Below, in pieces: positions 40,176 through 49,776 of a stretch of 64,000 nt of DNA. The notes beneath the pieces were generated by a model, which did not search any database, had not been told where the DNA came from, and was given only the letters and a program-made list of their open reading frames with translations. Position 1 is the stretch's first letter. The number at the start of each line of letters is the position of its first letter. This DNA is from an uncultured Bacillota bacterium. Its GTDB lineage: Bacteria > Sysuimicrobiota > Sysuimicrobiia > Sysuimicrobiales > Segetimicrobiaceae. Made by a program: the position numbers and the translations under genes. Location: contig CAWDRG010000005.1 in NCBI GenBank assembly GCA_963804645.1, forward strand, positions 32,001 to 96,000. The letters are read 5' to 3'.

Positions 40176-41582
40176 TCACGCGGACCCATTCCCTCCGTTC
40201 GCCGGGCCGTCGTCGAGCGCGGCTGCCGCGCCCGGGTTAACCACGACGCCGCCGAGGCGCCGCGCGACGAGGTTGGCGAGCGAGGACGCGGTGGCGCTGG
40301 CCTCGGCCCCGTCGTCGCACTCGGTCATCACCCGGACGAGCGGCTCCGTCCCGGACGCCCGCACGAGCACCCGCCCGCGGCCGGCGAGCCGCCGTTCGAC
40401 GTGCGCGAGCGCGGCGAGAATCTCCGCGTCGTCCTGCCACCGCTCGGGCGTCTGCACGCGGACGTTGAGCAGGACCTGCGGGTAGCGGTGAAACGGCGAC
40501 GCGAGCTCTTCGAGCGACCGCCCGGACTCGAGGACGACGTTCACGAGCTGCAGGGCGGTGACGAGGCCGTCGCCGGTCGTCGCGTGGTCGAGGAAGATCA
40601 CGTGGCCGCTCTGCTCGCCGCCGACGCGCGCGCCGGTCTCCAGCATCCGCTCGAGCACATACCGGTCGCCGACCCGCGCCCGGTCGAGGCGCACGCCCCG
40701 GTCGCGCAGCGCGACCTCGAGGCCCATGTTCGTCATGACCGTGGCCACCAGCAGCCCGCCCGGCAGCTCACCGCGCGCGTGCCGGTGCAGCGCCACGATG
40801 CCCATGATCGTGTCGCCGTCGAGGACCCGCCCCCGGTGGTCGGCCCCGATGACGCGGTCCCCGTCCCCGTCGTGGGCGAAGCCCACGTCGGCGCGGTGCC
40901 TCGGCGTCGCCTCGGAGATCACCTCGGGGTGCGTCGAGCCGCAGCCGGCGTTGATGTTCGTCCCGTCCGGCGACGCGCAGAGGGGAATCACATCGGCCCC
41001 GAGGCGCTCCCACAACTCCTGGGCGATCCCGCTCGTGGCCCCGTTCGCGCAGTCCACGGCGATCCGCCAGCCGTTGAGCGGCGCCCGCGCGAGCCCCACC
41101 AAGTAGTCCAGGTAACGGGCGGCGGCGTCCGTGACGTCGGTGATCCGTCCGACCGCGCTCCCCGTCGGCCGGGGCAGCCCCCCGGTCTCGCCCATCGCCG
41201 CCTCGATCTCCGCCTCCATCGCGTCCGGAAACTTGAAGCCGGTCGGCGCAAACAGCTTGACGCCGTTGTCCTCCATCGGGTTGTGCGAGGCCGAGATCAC
41301 GGCCCCCGCGTCGACGTCCAGCCGCCGCGTCAGCAGCGCGATCCCCGGGGTCGGCAGAATCCCGAGCCGGAGCACGTCGGCGCCGGCCGAGCAGAGTGCG
41401 GCGGCGAGCGCGGCCTCCAGCAGGCCGCCGGAGATCCGAGGGTCGCGGCCGAGCGCGAACCGCCCGCGGCCGTGCCCGACCAGCACGTGGACCGCGGCGC
41501 GGCCGAGCCGGTCCATCAGCTCGGTGGACAGATCGGCGTTGGCGACGCCGCGGATCCCGTCCGTGCCGAAGAAGCGTCCCAT
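40176..41582 (-). CDS. glmM: Phosphoglucosamine mutase
   Basis: FGTDGIRG, SASHNP, DGDGDR, GGEQSGH and RASGTEP motifs. Follows cdaA-cdaR. Confidence 0.95.
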   Translation of the reverse strand: MGRFFGTDGIRGVANADLSTELMDRLGRAAVHVLVGHGRGRFALGRDPRISGGLLEAALAAALCSAGADVLRLGILPTPGIALLTRRLDVDAGAVISASHNPMEDNGVKLFAPTGFKFPDAMEAEIEAAMGETGGLPRPTGSAVGRITDVTDAAARYLDYLVGLARAPLNGWRIAVDCANGATSGIAQELWERLGADVIPLCASPDGTNINAGCGSTHPEVISEATPRHRADVGFAHDGDGDRVIGADHRGRVLDGDTIMGIVALHRHARGELPGGLLVATVMTNMGLEVALRDRGVRLDRARVGDRYVLERMLETGARVGGEQSGHVIFLDHATTGDGLVTALQLVNVVLESGRSLEELASPFHRYPQVLLNVRVQTPERWQDDAEILAALAHVERRLAGRGRVLVRASGTEPLVRVMTECDDGAEASATASSLANLVARRLGGVVVNPGAAAALDDGPANGGNGSA

Positions 41583-41585
41583 CGC

Positions 41586-42800
41586 TCAGTGGGTCGGTGC
41601 CAAGGTCACGGTGACCTGCGCGGGTGAGACGCTGAGCACACGGGTGCCGCCCGGCAGCACCACGGTGGGCGTCACCTGGTGCGCCCCGGGGCGGAGGCCG
41701 GTGACGTCCACCCGCACCACGACCGCCGACGGCGCGAGCTGCGCGACGACGCCCTCCGGCCCGGAGACCGTGACCTGCAGGTGGTCGGGCGCGAGATGTG
41801 CCGTCAGTCCCGCGGCGACGCCGGCCGCGCGCACCGGCACCCCGCCGATCAGCCGCACGAGCAGCGCCGACCCGATCCGCACCGCGACGGTCACCCGCTG
41901 CGGCGACGACGTCACCCCCGACGGCGCCACGACGGCGATATCCCGGATGACGTCCCGTCGGGCTCCGCGGATGTCGATCGGGGCGGTTGCGATCGTCTGG
42001 ACCGTCTGCAGCGCGTCGCCGGGGCCCGACACCGTGACGGTCTGGGGCAGCGCCGTCACGCTGGTGACCGACAGGCCGGGGGCCGGCGCGCCCGCGAGGG
42101 TCGGAATGACCGGCAGCAGTTTCGTGATCGTTCCCGTCCGGACCGGCAGCGTCACCTGGACGAACGACGGGTCCACGACGACACTGTGCACCTCCTGCCC
42201 GTTGGCATCGAGCAGGTGGATCGGGACGGAGCTGAGCAGCTGCTGCTGGAGGCGCGCGGTGTCCACGGTGACGACCGCGTGGCGCACCTCCTGGACCTGC
42301 TCCGAGGCCCCGCTGATCGTGACGCGTTCGGGCACGGTGCGCGCGGCGCCGAGCGTGATGCCCGCCGGCGGCGTCCCGATCAGGCTGACTTCCACCGACA
42401 GCCGCTTCAGCGTCATCTGGTCGAGGACGACGAGCGCCTCGGGCGGCGTGCGCTCGACCACGCGGACGTCGCCGGCCGGGGTCGCGACGTCGATCCGCAC
42501 GCGGTGCTCGCCCGGACCGAGCCCCTGCAGATCGAGCGAGGCGTCGAGCACGTCCGGCGTCAGCGGCGCGACCGCGGACCGCGACCCCTGGAGCCGCACC
42601 TGCACGCGGTTCGGCGCCTGGACGACCACCTCGGTGGGACTGAGGTCGCGCACGTGCACGTCGAGGGTCATGATGCGCTCGACGACCGGGTTCTTGTCGG
42701 TCGCCACGTAGAGCCACATGACCGAGGCGATGACGATGGACAGCACCGCAAACAGAATCCGCGTGTCGAACAGACGCCTCACGCCCCGGCCTTCCTCCAC
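41586..42800 (-). CDS. cdaR: CdaR / YbbR-domain regulator
   Basis: N-terminal TM ending in WLYV, repeated beta-rich P..V.V.G units, located between cdaA and glmM. Confidence 0.88.
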   Translation of the reverse strand: MEEGRGVRRLFDTRILFAVLSIVIASVMWLYVATDKNPVVERIMTLDVHVRDLSPTEVVVQAPNRVQVRLQGSRSAVAPLTPDVLDASLDLQGLGPGEHRVRIDVATPAGDVRVVERTPPEALVVLDQMTLKRLSVEVSLIGTPPAGITLGAARTVPERVTISGASEQVQEVRHAVVTVDTARLQQQLLSSVPIHLLDANGQEVHSVVVDPSFVQVTLPVRTGTITKLLPVIPTLAGAPAPGLSVTSVTALPQTVTVSGPGDALQTVQTIATAPIDIRGARRDVIRDIAVVAPSGVTSSPQRVTVAVRIGSALLVRLIGGVPVRAAGVAAGLTAHLAPDHLQVTVSGPEGVVAQLAPSAVVVRVDVTGLRPGAHQVTPTVVLPGGTRVLSVSPAQVTVTLAPTH

Positions 42801-43630
42801 GGCCAGAACGTCGGCACGCGGAGCGGCGGCACGTGCAGCATCCCCGGCCGCGTCGACGGCGGGCCGGCGAGCGCGAGCAGCGCCACCTTGAGCTCCTCCT
42901 CCGTCAAGCCGCGCCGCACGCGCGACTCTTGGGCGAGGGAGATGGTGCCCGTCTCCTCCGACACGATCACGGCCACGGCGTCGGTCTCCTCGGTGATGCC
43001 GATCGCCGCGCGGTGCCGCGTCCCCAGCGCGCGGCTGAGCCCGGGGCGCTCGGTCAGCGGCAGCAGGCAGCCCGCCGCGGCGACCCGATTGCCGCGAATG
43101 ATCAAGGCGCCGTCGTGAAGCGGCGTGTTCGGAAAGAACACGTTGATCAGCAGCGGCGTCGTCACGACCCCGTCAATGCGGATCCCCGTCTCGATGACGT
43201 CCTCCAGACCGATCTGGCGTTCGAGCACGATGAGCGCGCCGATCTTGCGGGACCCGAGGACGCGGGCCGCGCGCGCGACGTCGTTGACGAGGCGGATCGC
43301 CGCCTCGCGGTCGAGCCCGTGCGGGCTGAGCCCCACGAGGGACACGCCGCCGCGGCCGATCTGCTCGAGCATCCGGCGCATCTCCGGCTGAAACAGGACC
43401 AGCAGCGCGATCGGCACGACGATGCCCACGTAGCTCAGCAGCCACTGCAGCGTGTACAAGCCCAGCAGCCGGCTCACCACGTACACGCCGAACAGCACGG
43501 CCAGCCCCGCGACCAGCTGCACCGCCCGCGTCCCGCGGATCAGCATCAACACGTTGTAGATGATGAACGCGACGACAAGAATGTCGATGAGGTCCCAAAC
43601 CCGGAACGGAAACGAGAGCGGCAGCGGCAT
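42779..43630 (-). CDS. cdaA: Diadenylate cyclase CdaA
   Basis: 3 TMs, then FQPEMRR, PLHDGA and GTRHRAAIG motifs. Confidence 0.95.
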   Translation of the reverse strand: MPLPLSFPFRVWDLIDILVVAFIIYNVLMLIRGTRAVQLVAGLAVLFGVYVVSRLLGLYTLQWLLSYVGIVVPIALLVLFQPEMRRMLEQIGRGGVSLVGLSPHGLDREAAIRLVNDVARAARVLGSRKIGALIVLERQIGLEDVIETGIRIDGVVTTPLLINVFFPNTPLHDGALIIRGNRVAAAGCLLPLTERPGLSRALGTRHRAAIGITEETDAVAVIVSEETGTISLAQESRVRRGLTEEELKVALLALAGPPSTRPGMLHVPPLRVPTFWPWRKAGA

Positions 43631-43670
43631 AGCGGTCACCCGTCGCGCGGCGGTCGGGCCGACCCCGGCG

Positions 43671-44597
43671 TTACAACGCCTGCGCGAGGAGGGACTTCTG
43701 CACGTGCAGGCGGTTTTCCGCCTCGTCAAACGCTACCGACTGGGGCCCGTCGAGCACCTCGTCGGTGATCTCCTCCCCGCGGTGGGCCGGGAGACAGTGC
43801 GACACCAGGGCGTGGCGGGGGGCGTGCGCGAGCAGCGCGGCGTTGATCTGATACCCCGCGAACGCGCGCCGGCGCGCCTCCGCCTCCGCCTCGCAGCCCA
43901 TGCTCGTCCAGACGTCCGTGTAGATCAGATCCGCGCCCATCACCGCGCGCACCGGATCGTCCGTCACCTCGACGGACGCGCCGGGGGCCGCGGACGCACG
44001 GGCGTCGACGAGGGTCCGGTCATCGAGCCCGTAGGCGGGCGGGGACGCGACGATCACCGACGCGCCCAACCGGACCGCCCCGCGCAGGAGCGAGCGCGCG
44101 ACGTTGTTCCCGTCGCCGATCCAGGCGATGCGCACCCCATCGAGACGCCCAACCCGCTCCCGGATCGTCAGCAGCGTCGCCAGCGCCTGACACGGATGCT
44201 CCCAATCGGAGAGCGCGTTGATCACCGGCACGTGCGCGTGCTCGGCGAGGGTCAGCACGTTCGCGTGCGCAAACGTCCGCACCACGATCCCGTCGACCCA
44301 CCGGTCGAGATTGCGCGCGATGTCGGGGTACGATTCCCGCGTGCCCATGCCGACGCCGAGCGCGTCGAGGTAGATCGCCTGCCCGCCGAGGTGGAGCATC
44401 GCGACCTCAAACGTCGCATGCGTGCGCAGCGACGGCTTCTCAAACAGGAGCGCCAGCACCTTGCCGCCGAGCAGGACCGGCCGGTCGCCCGTACGGCCGC
44501 GCGCCTTCAAGTCCGCGGCCAAGTCCAGGACGGCGACGGTCTCGCGAACGTCGAGATCGCAGATCCCGCTGAAATCCCGCCCCCGCAGTCCCGCCAC
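43671..44597 (-). CDS. argF: Ornithine carbamoyltransferase
   Basis: FEKPSLRT, HPCQ, GDGNNV, DVWTSMG and HCLPAHRGEE motifs. GTG start with a GGAGG RBS. Confidence 0.93.
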   Translation of the reverse strand: MAGLRGRDFSGICDLDVRETVAVLDLAADLKARGRTGDRPVLLGGKVLALLFEKPSLRTHATFEVAMLHLGGQAIYLDALGVGMGTRESYPDIARNLDRWVDGIVVRTFAHANVLTLAEHAHVPVINALSDWEHPCQALATLLTIRERVGRLDGVRIAWIGDGNNVARSLLRGAVRLGASVIVASPPAYGLDDRTLVDARASAAPGASVEVTDDPVRAVMGADLIYTDVWTSMGCEAEAEARRRAFAGYQINAALLAHAPRHALVSHCLPAHRGEEITDEVLDGPQSVAFDEAENRLHVQKSLLAQAL

Positions 44598-44622
44598 GTC
44601 GCCCTCCGTCCCGGCTCGCCTT

Positions 44623-44661
44623 GGTGCATAATTATACCGCAATCGGTCATAATAATGCAAC
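44623..44661 (-). promoter_or_regulatory. Tandem ARG boxes overlapping the argF promoter
   Basis: Cores TGCATAATTATACC (44625-44638) and GTCATAATAATGCA (44646-44659) are 21 bp apart. The minus strand reads TTGCAT-18 nt-TATAAT. Confidence 0.8.
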
Positions 44662-44714
44662 GCCTGGGCCTGGGAACGTGCGTGAGGACTCGGCGCAGCC
44701 GGTGGGAACGAACC

Positions 44715-45770
44715 CTACAGAACCCGGCGCGCTCCCAGATAGTGCGACAGGAAATACGACTCGTCCAGCTCGTCGACCACCACGCGCCCCACGCTGCTCG
44801 ACGGGTGGACGAACCGTCCGTCCCCGATATAGATGCCGACGTGGGATGCCCCGGTGCCGTCGGTATTAAAGAACACGAGGTCTCCCGGTTCGAGCGCGGT
44901 CATCTCCACGGGGATGCCGAAGCCCCACTGATCGTACGACACCCGCGGCAGATCGGGCACGTACGGCGCATAGATGGCGTAGACGAGGCCCGAACAATCG
45001 ACCCCGGCACGCGTCGTGCCCCCCCAGGCGTACGGGGTCCCGAGGTATTGGAGGGCTTCCGAGGTGACGCGCCGGGCCACCAACGAGGATTGGAGCGACC
45101 CGCGGACGACCGGCGGGCCCGCGGATCCCTGGTCGGGCGGAACGAGCGTCACCGGAGCGTCCGCCCCCGACGCCGGCGGCGCGAGATCGGCCGCCGGCGG
45201 CCCGAACGGTCGAGAGATCTGGGCGGCGGCCGCGGTGCTCGGCGCGGCCGCGGCCGGGATCACCAGCGCCTGCCCCACGTGGAGCGTCGTGGAGACGCCG
45301 AAGTGGTTCGCGCTCTGAAGAAGTACGACCGTCACCCCGTGCGTGACCGCGATATGGTACAGCGTGTCCCCGGCCTGTACCACGTAGACCTGGGCGGTGC
45401 CGGACGGCGGCGGCCAGAACAGCGCCCTCGGGGCGAGGGCATCCGAACTCGCGGGAACGGCGTCTTGGGACGGCGGGAGGGTCGGCGCGAACAGGATCGC
45501 CCGGGACGCGCCGGCGTTGGGGATCACCAGCACTTCGCCCACGTGAATCTCGGACGCGTTGAGGAGGTGGTTGGTCCGCGTCAGATCGGCGACGGTGACG
45601 CCGAAGTGCCGCGCAATGCTGTAGAGCGTGTCGTGCCGAATCACGGTGTAGAGTTCCGCGGCACCGGCGGGTGCCGCCGACACCAGCGCCACCGCGAGGA
45701 TGATCAGCGCCGTGGTGACCCATGCTGCGATGCGCACGCTCGGCCTCCCCCGCGTCGTCCCGCGATCCAT
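44715..45770 (-). CDS. LysM-LysM-NlpC/P60 cell wall endopeptidase
   Basis: Signal peptide, two LysM repeats (Y.V...DTLY.IA), then GTPYAWGG, DCSG and HVGIY. Confidence 0.93.
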   Translation of the reverse strand: MDRGTTRGRPSVRIAAWVTTALIILAVALVSAAPAGAAELYTVIRHDTLYSIARHFGVTVADLTRTNHLLNASEIHVGEVLVIPNAGASRAILFAPTLPPSQDAVPASSDALAPRALFWPPPSGTAQVYVVQAGDTLYHIAVTHGVTVVLLQSANHFGVSTTLHVGQALVIPAAAAPSTAAAAQISRPFGPPAADLAPPASGADAPVTLVPPDQGSAGPPVVRGSLQSSLVARRVTSEALQYLGTPYAWGGTTRAGVDCSGLVYAIYAPYVPDLPRVSYDQWGFGIPVEMTALEPGDLVFFNTDGTGASHVGIYIGDGRFVHPSSSVGRVVVDELDESYFLSHYLGARRVL

Positions 45771-45871
45771 CCACTCTGTGCCCGGGACGGGCGTCCACTA
45801 GACCGGAGCAGCTCGGCTGCGATGCTTGCTGCGACCTGCTATTCAGTGACCGGCGCGACCCGCGCGCCGCG

Positions 45872-46270
45872 CTACCGCTTCGAGTACTGGAACCCCTTTC
45901 GCGCCCGCTTGTGCCCGTACTTCTTCCGTTCCTTCTGCCGCGGATCGCGCGTCAAGAGGCCCGCCTTGCGCATCGGAGACCGCAGTTCGGCGTCGATCGA
46001 CAGGAGCGCCCGCGCGATGCCCAACCGCACCGCGCCGGCCTGGCCCGCGACCCCACCGCCGCGGACGTCCACGACCACATCGAACCGCCCCTCCGCGTTC
46101 GCGACTACCAGCGCTTGGCGGATCACAGTCAGCAGCGGACCCTTGGGGAAATGCTGCTCGGCCGTGCGCCCGTTCACGGTAATCGTCCCGGTCCCGGGCA
46201 CCAAGCGGACTCTCGCCGCCGCCTCTTTGCGGCCGCCCGAGGCCATCGTCATCGCGGGGACATCCATCAC
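45872..46270 (-). CDS. rpsI: 30S ribosomal protein S9
   Basis: [20 protein letters not shown] and ERKKYG.KRARK..QYSKR motifs. Confidence 0.97.
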   Translation of the reverse strand: MMDVPAMTMASGGRKEAAARVRLVPGTGTITVNGRTAEQHFPKGPLLTVIRQALVVANAEGRFDVVVDVRGGGVAGQAGAVRLGIARALLSIDAELRSPMRKAGLLTRDPRQKERKKYGHKRARKGFQYSKR

Positions 46271-46731
46271 GCGTCACGTCCCTTCGTGGAAGTCGATCCG
46301 GGGCGGCGCGGGAACGTCAGCGCCACCGGCTGCTGCGCCGCATGGCGGTGCGCCTCGCCGCGGTAGACCTTGAGCTTGCCCAGGCATTCGCGTCCGAGCG
46401 GATTCTTCGGCAGCATCCCCTTGACCGCTTCCTTGAGCAGCATCTCGGGACGCCGCTGCAGGAGCTTGCCGGCGGGCGTCGACCGCAGGCCGCCCGGGTA
46501 GCCGGAGTGCCGGTAATACATCTTCTGCTGCAGCTTGCGGCCGGTGAGCCGAATCTTCTCAGCGTTGATGATGATCACGTAGTCGCCGCTGACCGACGGC
46601 GTGAATGTCGGCCTCGCCTTTCCGCGCAACACCGCCGCCACCCGGCTCGCGAGGCGCCCGAGAATCTGGCCCCTCGCGTCCACCAGGAACCACTGCGCCG
46701 GCTGATCCGGCTTTCCCATGAACGTCCGCAT
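46267..46731 (-). CDS. rplM: 50S ribosomal protein L13
   Basis: [30 protein letters not shown] and H.AQQP motifs. GGAGG RBS. Confidence 0.97.
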   Translation of the reverse strand: MRTFMGKPDQPAQWFLVDARGQILGRLASRVAAVLRGKARPTFTPSVSGDYVIIINAEKIRLTGRKLQQKMYYRHSGYPGGLRSTPAGKLLQRRPEMLLKEAVKGMLPKNPLGRECLGKLKVYRGEAHRHAAQQPVALTFPRRPGSTSTKGRDA

Positions 46732-46815
46732 GCATACCTCCAGTGCGTGTGCGGCCCTGCAGGGCCAATGTCGCCGCGCGACACCGCGGCCCACCCCAAA
46801 AAACGGCAGGACCTA

Positions 46816-46845
46816 ATTGTACGGGGCCAATCGGCCCTGTGTCAA
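46816..46845 (-). promoter_or_regulatory. Near-consensus sigma70 promoter of rplM-rpsI
   Basis: TTGACA-18 nt-TACAAT on the minus strand. Confidence 0.75.
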
Positions 46846-47057
46846 TCGACGCATGCCCCTGCAAAACCTCGCGGCCCTCCGTCCTCGCCCCCCTCGCATC
46901 CGGGTCCTTCCCGGCCCTCGTCCCCTGCCCAGCCGCACCCACATGCGGCCCCGGTCGAACACATTCTGATGTTTCGGGCCGTGCATGGCGGGGAAACAGA
47001 TAACTTAATACGAATATACCGGCGATTCGGCTCGCGAGGGGGTGGCTCAGTGACGTT

Positions 47058-47147
47058 TCCGCAGCTCGTAGGGACTGTGGTGACGAAATCCGCCGTCGCG
47101 ACGATGAGGGAGATGCTCCGTCGTCCCGGGAACAGTCCGGCTGCGGA
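47058..47147. ncRNA. Candidate structured RNA of unknown family
   Basis: Nested perfect stems TCCGCAGC/GCTGCGGA and GGACTGT/ACAGTCC enclose further hairpins. Located in an intergenic region. Confidence 0.3.
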
Positions 47148-47180
47148 CGCGCAATGTCCGCGGCGGGCAGGGGCGCGATC

Positions 47181-47426
47181 GTGAACACGAGGCCGAAGAT
47201 CATCTCGTCAGACACCATCCCGCAGGATTCCATCACGGCGCGGGAAGTGCCGGCCAGAGACAAACTGGATGAACTCCTGCATTCCGGCTATGTGGTGGTC
47301 CCGGCGCCGGAAACCGCCAGCACGTTGTGGCTCGAAGCCACGCGAGCCCGTCCTGGGTCGCAGGTCAGCCTCAGTTCAACGTCCGCCGGTTACCGCGTAG
47401 AGATCTCGTCCAAGCGCTTCGTCTAG
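47181..47426 (+). CDS. Small hypothetical protein
   Basis: 81-aa ORF with a GTG start, a G-rich RBS-like tract and protein-like composition. Convergent with the DinB gene. Confidence 0.5.
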   Translation: MNTRPKIISSDTIPQDSITAREVPARDKLDELLHSGYVVVPAPETASTLWLEATRARPGSQVSLSSTSAGYRVEISSKRFV

Positions 47427-47472
47427 CGGTCCAGATCGGCGGCACCGCACCGGCGACCGAAGGCCAGGCGGT

Positions 47473-47967
47473 CTACCGCCGCGTCTTGGCCGCTGCGTAC
47501 TGGCTGCGCCGCTTCGCAATGGTCCGGAGATGATAGTGGACGTGATCGGCAAAATGGTCGACGAGGTACTCGAGCGTCTGCGGCCCGGATTCCGAATGCA
47601 TCCCGGCGTGGGCCCACGCCTCCATCGGCGCCCTGCGAAGCATGTCCGCGGTCGGTTCGCGAACGGCCCGAAAGAGGGTCAGCGCCGACGGAACCGGCCA
47701 CGCCTTGTAATCCAGGGCCGCCGCCCAACGCCCCTGGTCGAACCCCGTCAGGGGCGCGCCCGGCTGCGCGAGCACGAATCGGATGCGCACCGCGGCGACC
47801 AAGTCGCAGTCCGCGACGTGGACGACGTTCTCGTGGATGCTCCAGTGGCCGGCACCCGGACTGAAGGTCATCTCGTCGGGTGAAATGCCGCGGATCGCGG
47901 CCTCCAGGAGTTCGGGCCCCTCGGCATAGGCTCGGAGCAACTCATTGACGCGCTGCGCGGTCGGCAT
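47473..47967 (-). CDS. DinB/YfiT family protein
   Basis: WSIHENVVHVAD and C-terminal HVHYHL His motif. GAGGTG RBS. Confidence 0.85.
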   Translation of the reverse strand: MPTAQRVNELLRAYAEGPELLEAAIRGISPDEMTFSPGAGHWSIHENVVHVADCDLVAAVRIRFVLAQPGAPLTGFDQGRWAAALDYKAWPVPSALTLFRAVREPTADMLRRAPMEAWAHAGMHSESGPQTLEYLVDHFADHVHYHLRTIAKRRSQYAAAKTRR

Positions 47968-48368
47968 GGCTGCCACCTCTTGACTGACGTACCTACGGTC
48001 TACGTCTACGGTCTTTGGTACGACTACGGCGCGCCCAGTCCCTGGGATCGACACACGGGGTCGGGTGGCCCCAACGGTAATGCGTCACGGCGCCGGCGGA
48101 CCGCCCGCACCGTGACGCACGCGTCAACCCGACGCGGCAGGGGCGCTCACGACGCTGCAGAAGCCGATAGGGGCCGGTGGCGCCGACACCCGGCGGGGCT
48201 GATGGCTACTATCCCTGGGATGATTGTGGGAGTCTCGGTCGTAAACTAGATACAGTGGTTCGATCAGGGGGCCCGGACGCGTCGGCGTCGCCGCGACGAC
48301 GGTCGCGGTATGTCGCGCGTGCGGCCAGCCCCCGGCCGGCCAACGCAGGGCCCTGGAGGAACACGCCT

Positions 48369-49772
48369 ATGGATGCACGCGCACGCACTTGGGCGGCCGC
48401 CGCATGGGGCCGCACCGTCCGTGGAGGAGCGGTGCTCGCGATCGGCGTGCTCGGCCTCGCCGTGGCGGGGTGCACCTCGGCACGCAGCGGGGCGCGGACC
48501 CCGGCGGCCGCGACACCGCCTCCTCCGCCCGTTGTCGTGACGGCCGCCCTGCAGCGGAGCGTGCCCGTGTACCAGGAAGCCGTGGCGCAGACGGTCGCCC
48601 TACAGACGGTGGATCTCCGTCCGCAGGTCGGGGGCGCAATCGAGCAGGTGTTGTTCAAAGAGGGCTCCGAGGTCCGGCGCGGGCAGACGATGTTCGTGAT
48701 CGATCAGCGCCCGTACCAGACCGCGCTCCAAAGTGCCGAGGCGCAGGTCGCCACGGCCCAGGCGCAGCTCGTCACCGCGCAGGCCGCGCTGAGGCAGGCG
48801 CTTGAGCAGACCGCGCTGGCTCAAGCCGAGGCCCAGCTGGCCGCGGTCCGGGCGCCGCTGGTCAACGCGCAGCAGCAGTTGAAGCGGGACCAATACCTGC
48901 TCGCGCAGGGGGCCGTCGCGCAGCAGCAGGTCGACAACGACACCGCCACCGAGCAGGCCGCGGAGGCGACGGTCACCGCCCAAGAGGCCACCGTCAAGAA
49001 CACCGCCCTCTCGCAGCAGATCGGCATCGCGCAGGCCCGCGCCGGGGTGCAGCAGGCGGAGGCCGGGGTCGCGCAGGCGAAGTCCGCGGTCGCCCAGGCC
49101 AGGCTCAACCTCGCGTACACATCGGTCGCCGCCCCGATCGACGGGGTGGTCGGGCTCTTAGACGTGGATCAGGGCAACCTGGTAGCGGCGAACCAGCTGC
49201 TCGCCACGATGTCGTCCGTGGATCCAATGGTGGTCCAGTTCAACGTCAGCGAGGTCACCTACCTCGCATTGGCCAAGCGTGCGATCGCGACCGCCGCCAA
49301 GACGGGACAGCCGGCCGCGAACATCGCATCGTTTGGGCTGATCCTGGCGGACGGCAGTGACTACCCGCAGGCGGGGACGTTCCGGACGCTCGATCGGGCG
49401 GTCAACCCGACGAGCGGCACCATCCCGGTCCAGGCGCTGTTCCCGAATCCGGAGCGGATCCTCAAGCCCGGCATGTACGCGCGGGTGCGGGCGCGGGTCG
49501 AGGAGCGGCCGAACGCCATCCTGATTCCCCAGTCCGCGGTCCAGGAGGTCCAGGGCGTCGATACGGTTTTCGTGGTCGGCGCGAACAACACGGTCGCCGT
49601 GCGCAGCATCACCGAGGGGGGCTCGTACGGACCGTTCTTCGTCGTGCTGAGCGGGCTCCAAGCGGGCGACCGCGTCGTCGTCGAAGGCGTCCAGAAGGTC
49701 CAGCCCGGGATGACCGTGACGCCCACGGTGCAGGCGCCGCCCCCGCTGCCCGCCGAGACCGGAAGGCCGTAG
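48369..49772 (+). CDS. RND efflux periplasmic adaptor (lipoprotein)
   Basis: LAVAG-C lipobox, V.LRPQVGG, long Q/A coiled coil, APIDGVVG and LKPGMY motifs. Confidence 0.92.
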   Translation: MDARARTWAAAAWGRTVRGGAVLAIGVLGLAVAGCTSARSGARTPAAATPPPPPVVVTAALQRSVPVYQEAVAQTVALQTVDLRPQVGGAIEQVLFKEGSEVRRGQTMFVIDQRPYQTALQSAEAQVATAQAQLVTAQAALRQALEQTALAQAEAQLAAVRAPLVNAQQQLKRDQYLLAQGAVAQQQVDNDTATEQAAEATVTAQEATVKNTALSQQIGIAQARAGVQQAEAGVAQAKSAVAQARLNLAYTSVAAPIDGVVGLLDVDQGNLVAANQLLATMSSVDPMVVQFNVSEVTYLALAKRAIATAAKTGQPAANIASFGLILADGSDYPQAGTFRTLDRAVNPTSGTIPVQALFPNPERILKPGMYARVRARVEERPNAILIPQSAVQEVQGVDTVFVVGANNTVAVRSITEGGSYGPFFVVLSGLQAGDRVVVEGVQKVQPGMTVTPTVQAPPPLPAETGRP

Positions 49773-49776
49773 CCGC

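Noticed and set aside
43671..44597. Acetyl- or succinyl-ornithine transcarbamylase, suggested by SLRT in place of STRT
   Set aside because: The DxxxSMG and HCLPA motifs of ordinary OTCase are intact.
45771..45871. c-di-AMP or c-di-GMP riboswitch upstream of the LysM-NlpC/P60 gene
   Set aside because: The context is suggestive and CTCCGGTCTA resembles part of c-di-GMP-I, but the other conserved elements of either family are missing.
47079..47112. Hammerhead ribozyme (GAAA, GTC, GATGAG)
   Set aside because: The core reads CGATGA rather than CTGATGA, and the required stems do not form.
48760..49110. Repetitive GCGCAG/CAGGCC-rich DNA
   Set aside because: It is explained by the Ala/Gln coiled coil of the RND adaptor.
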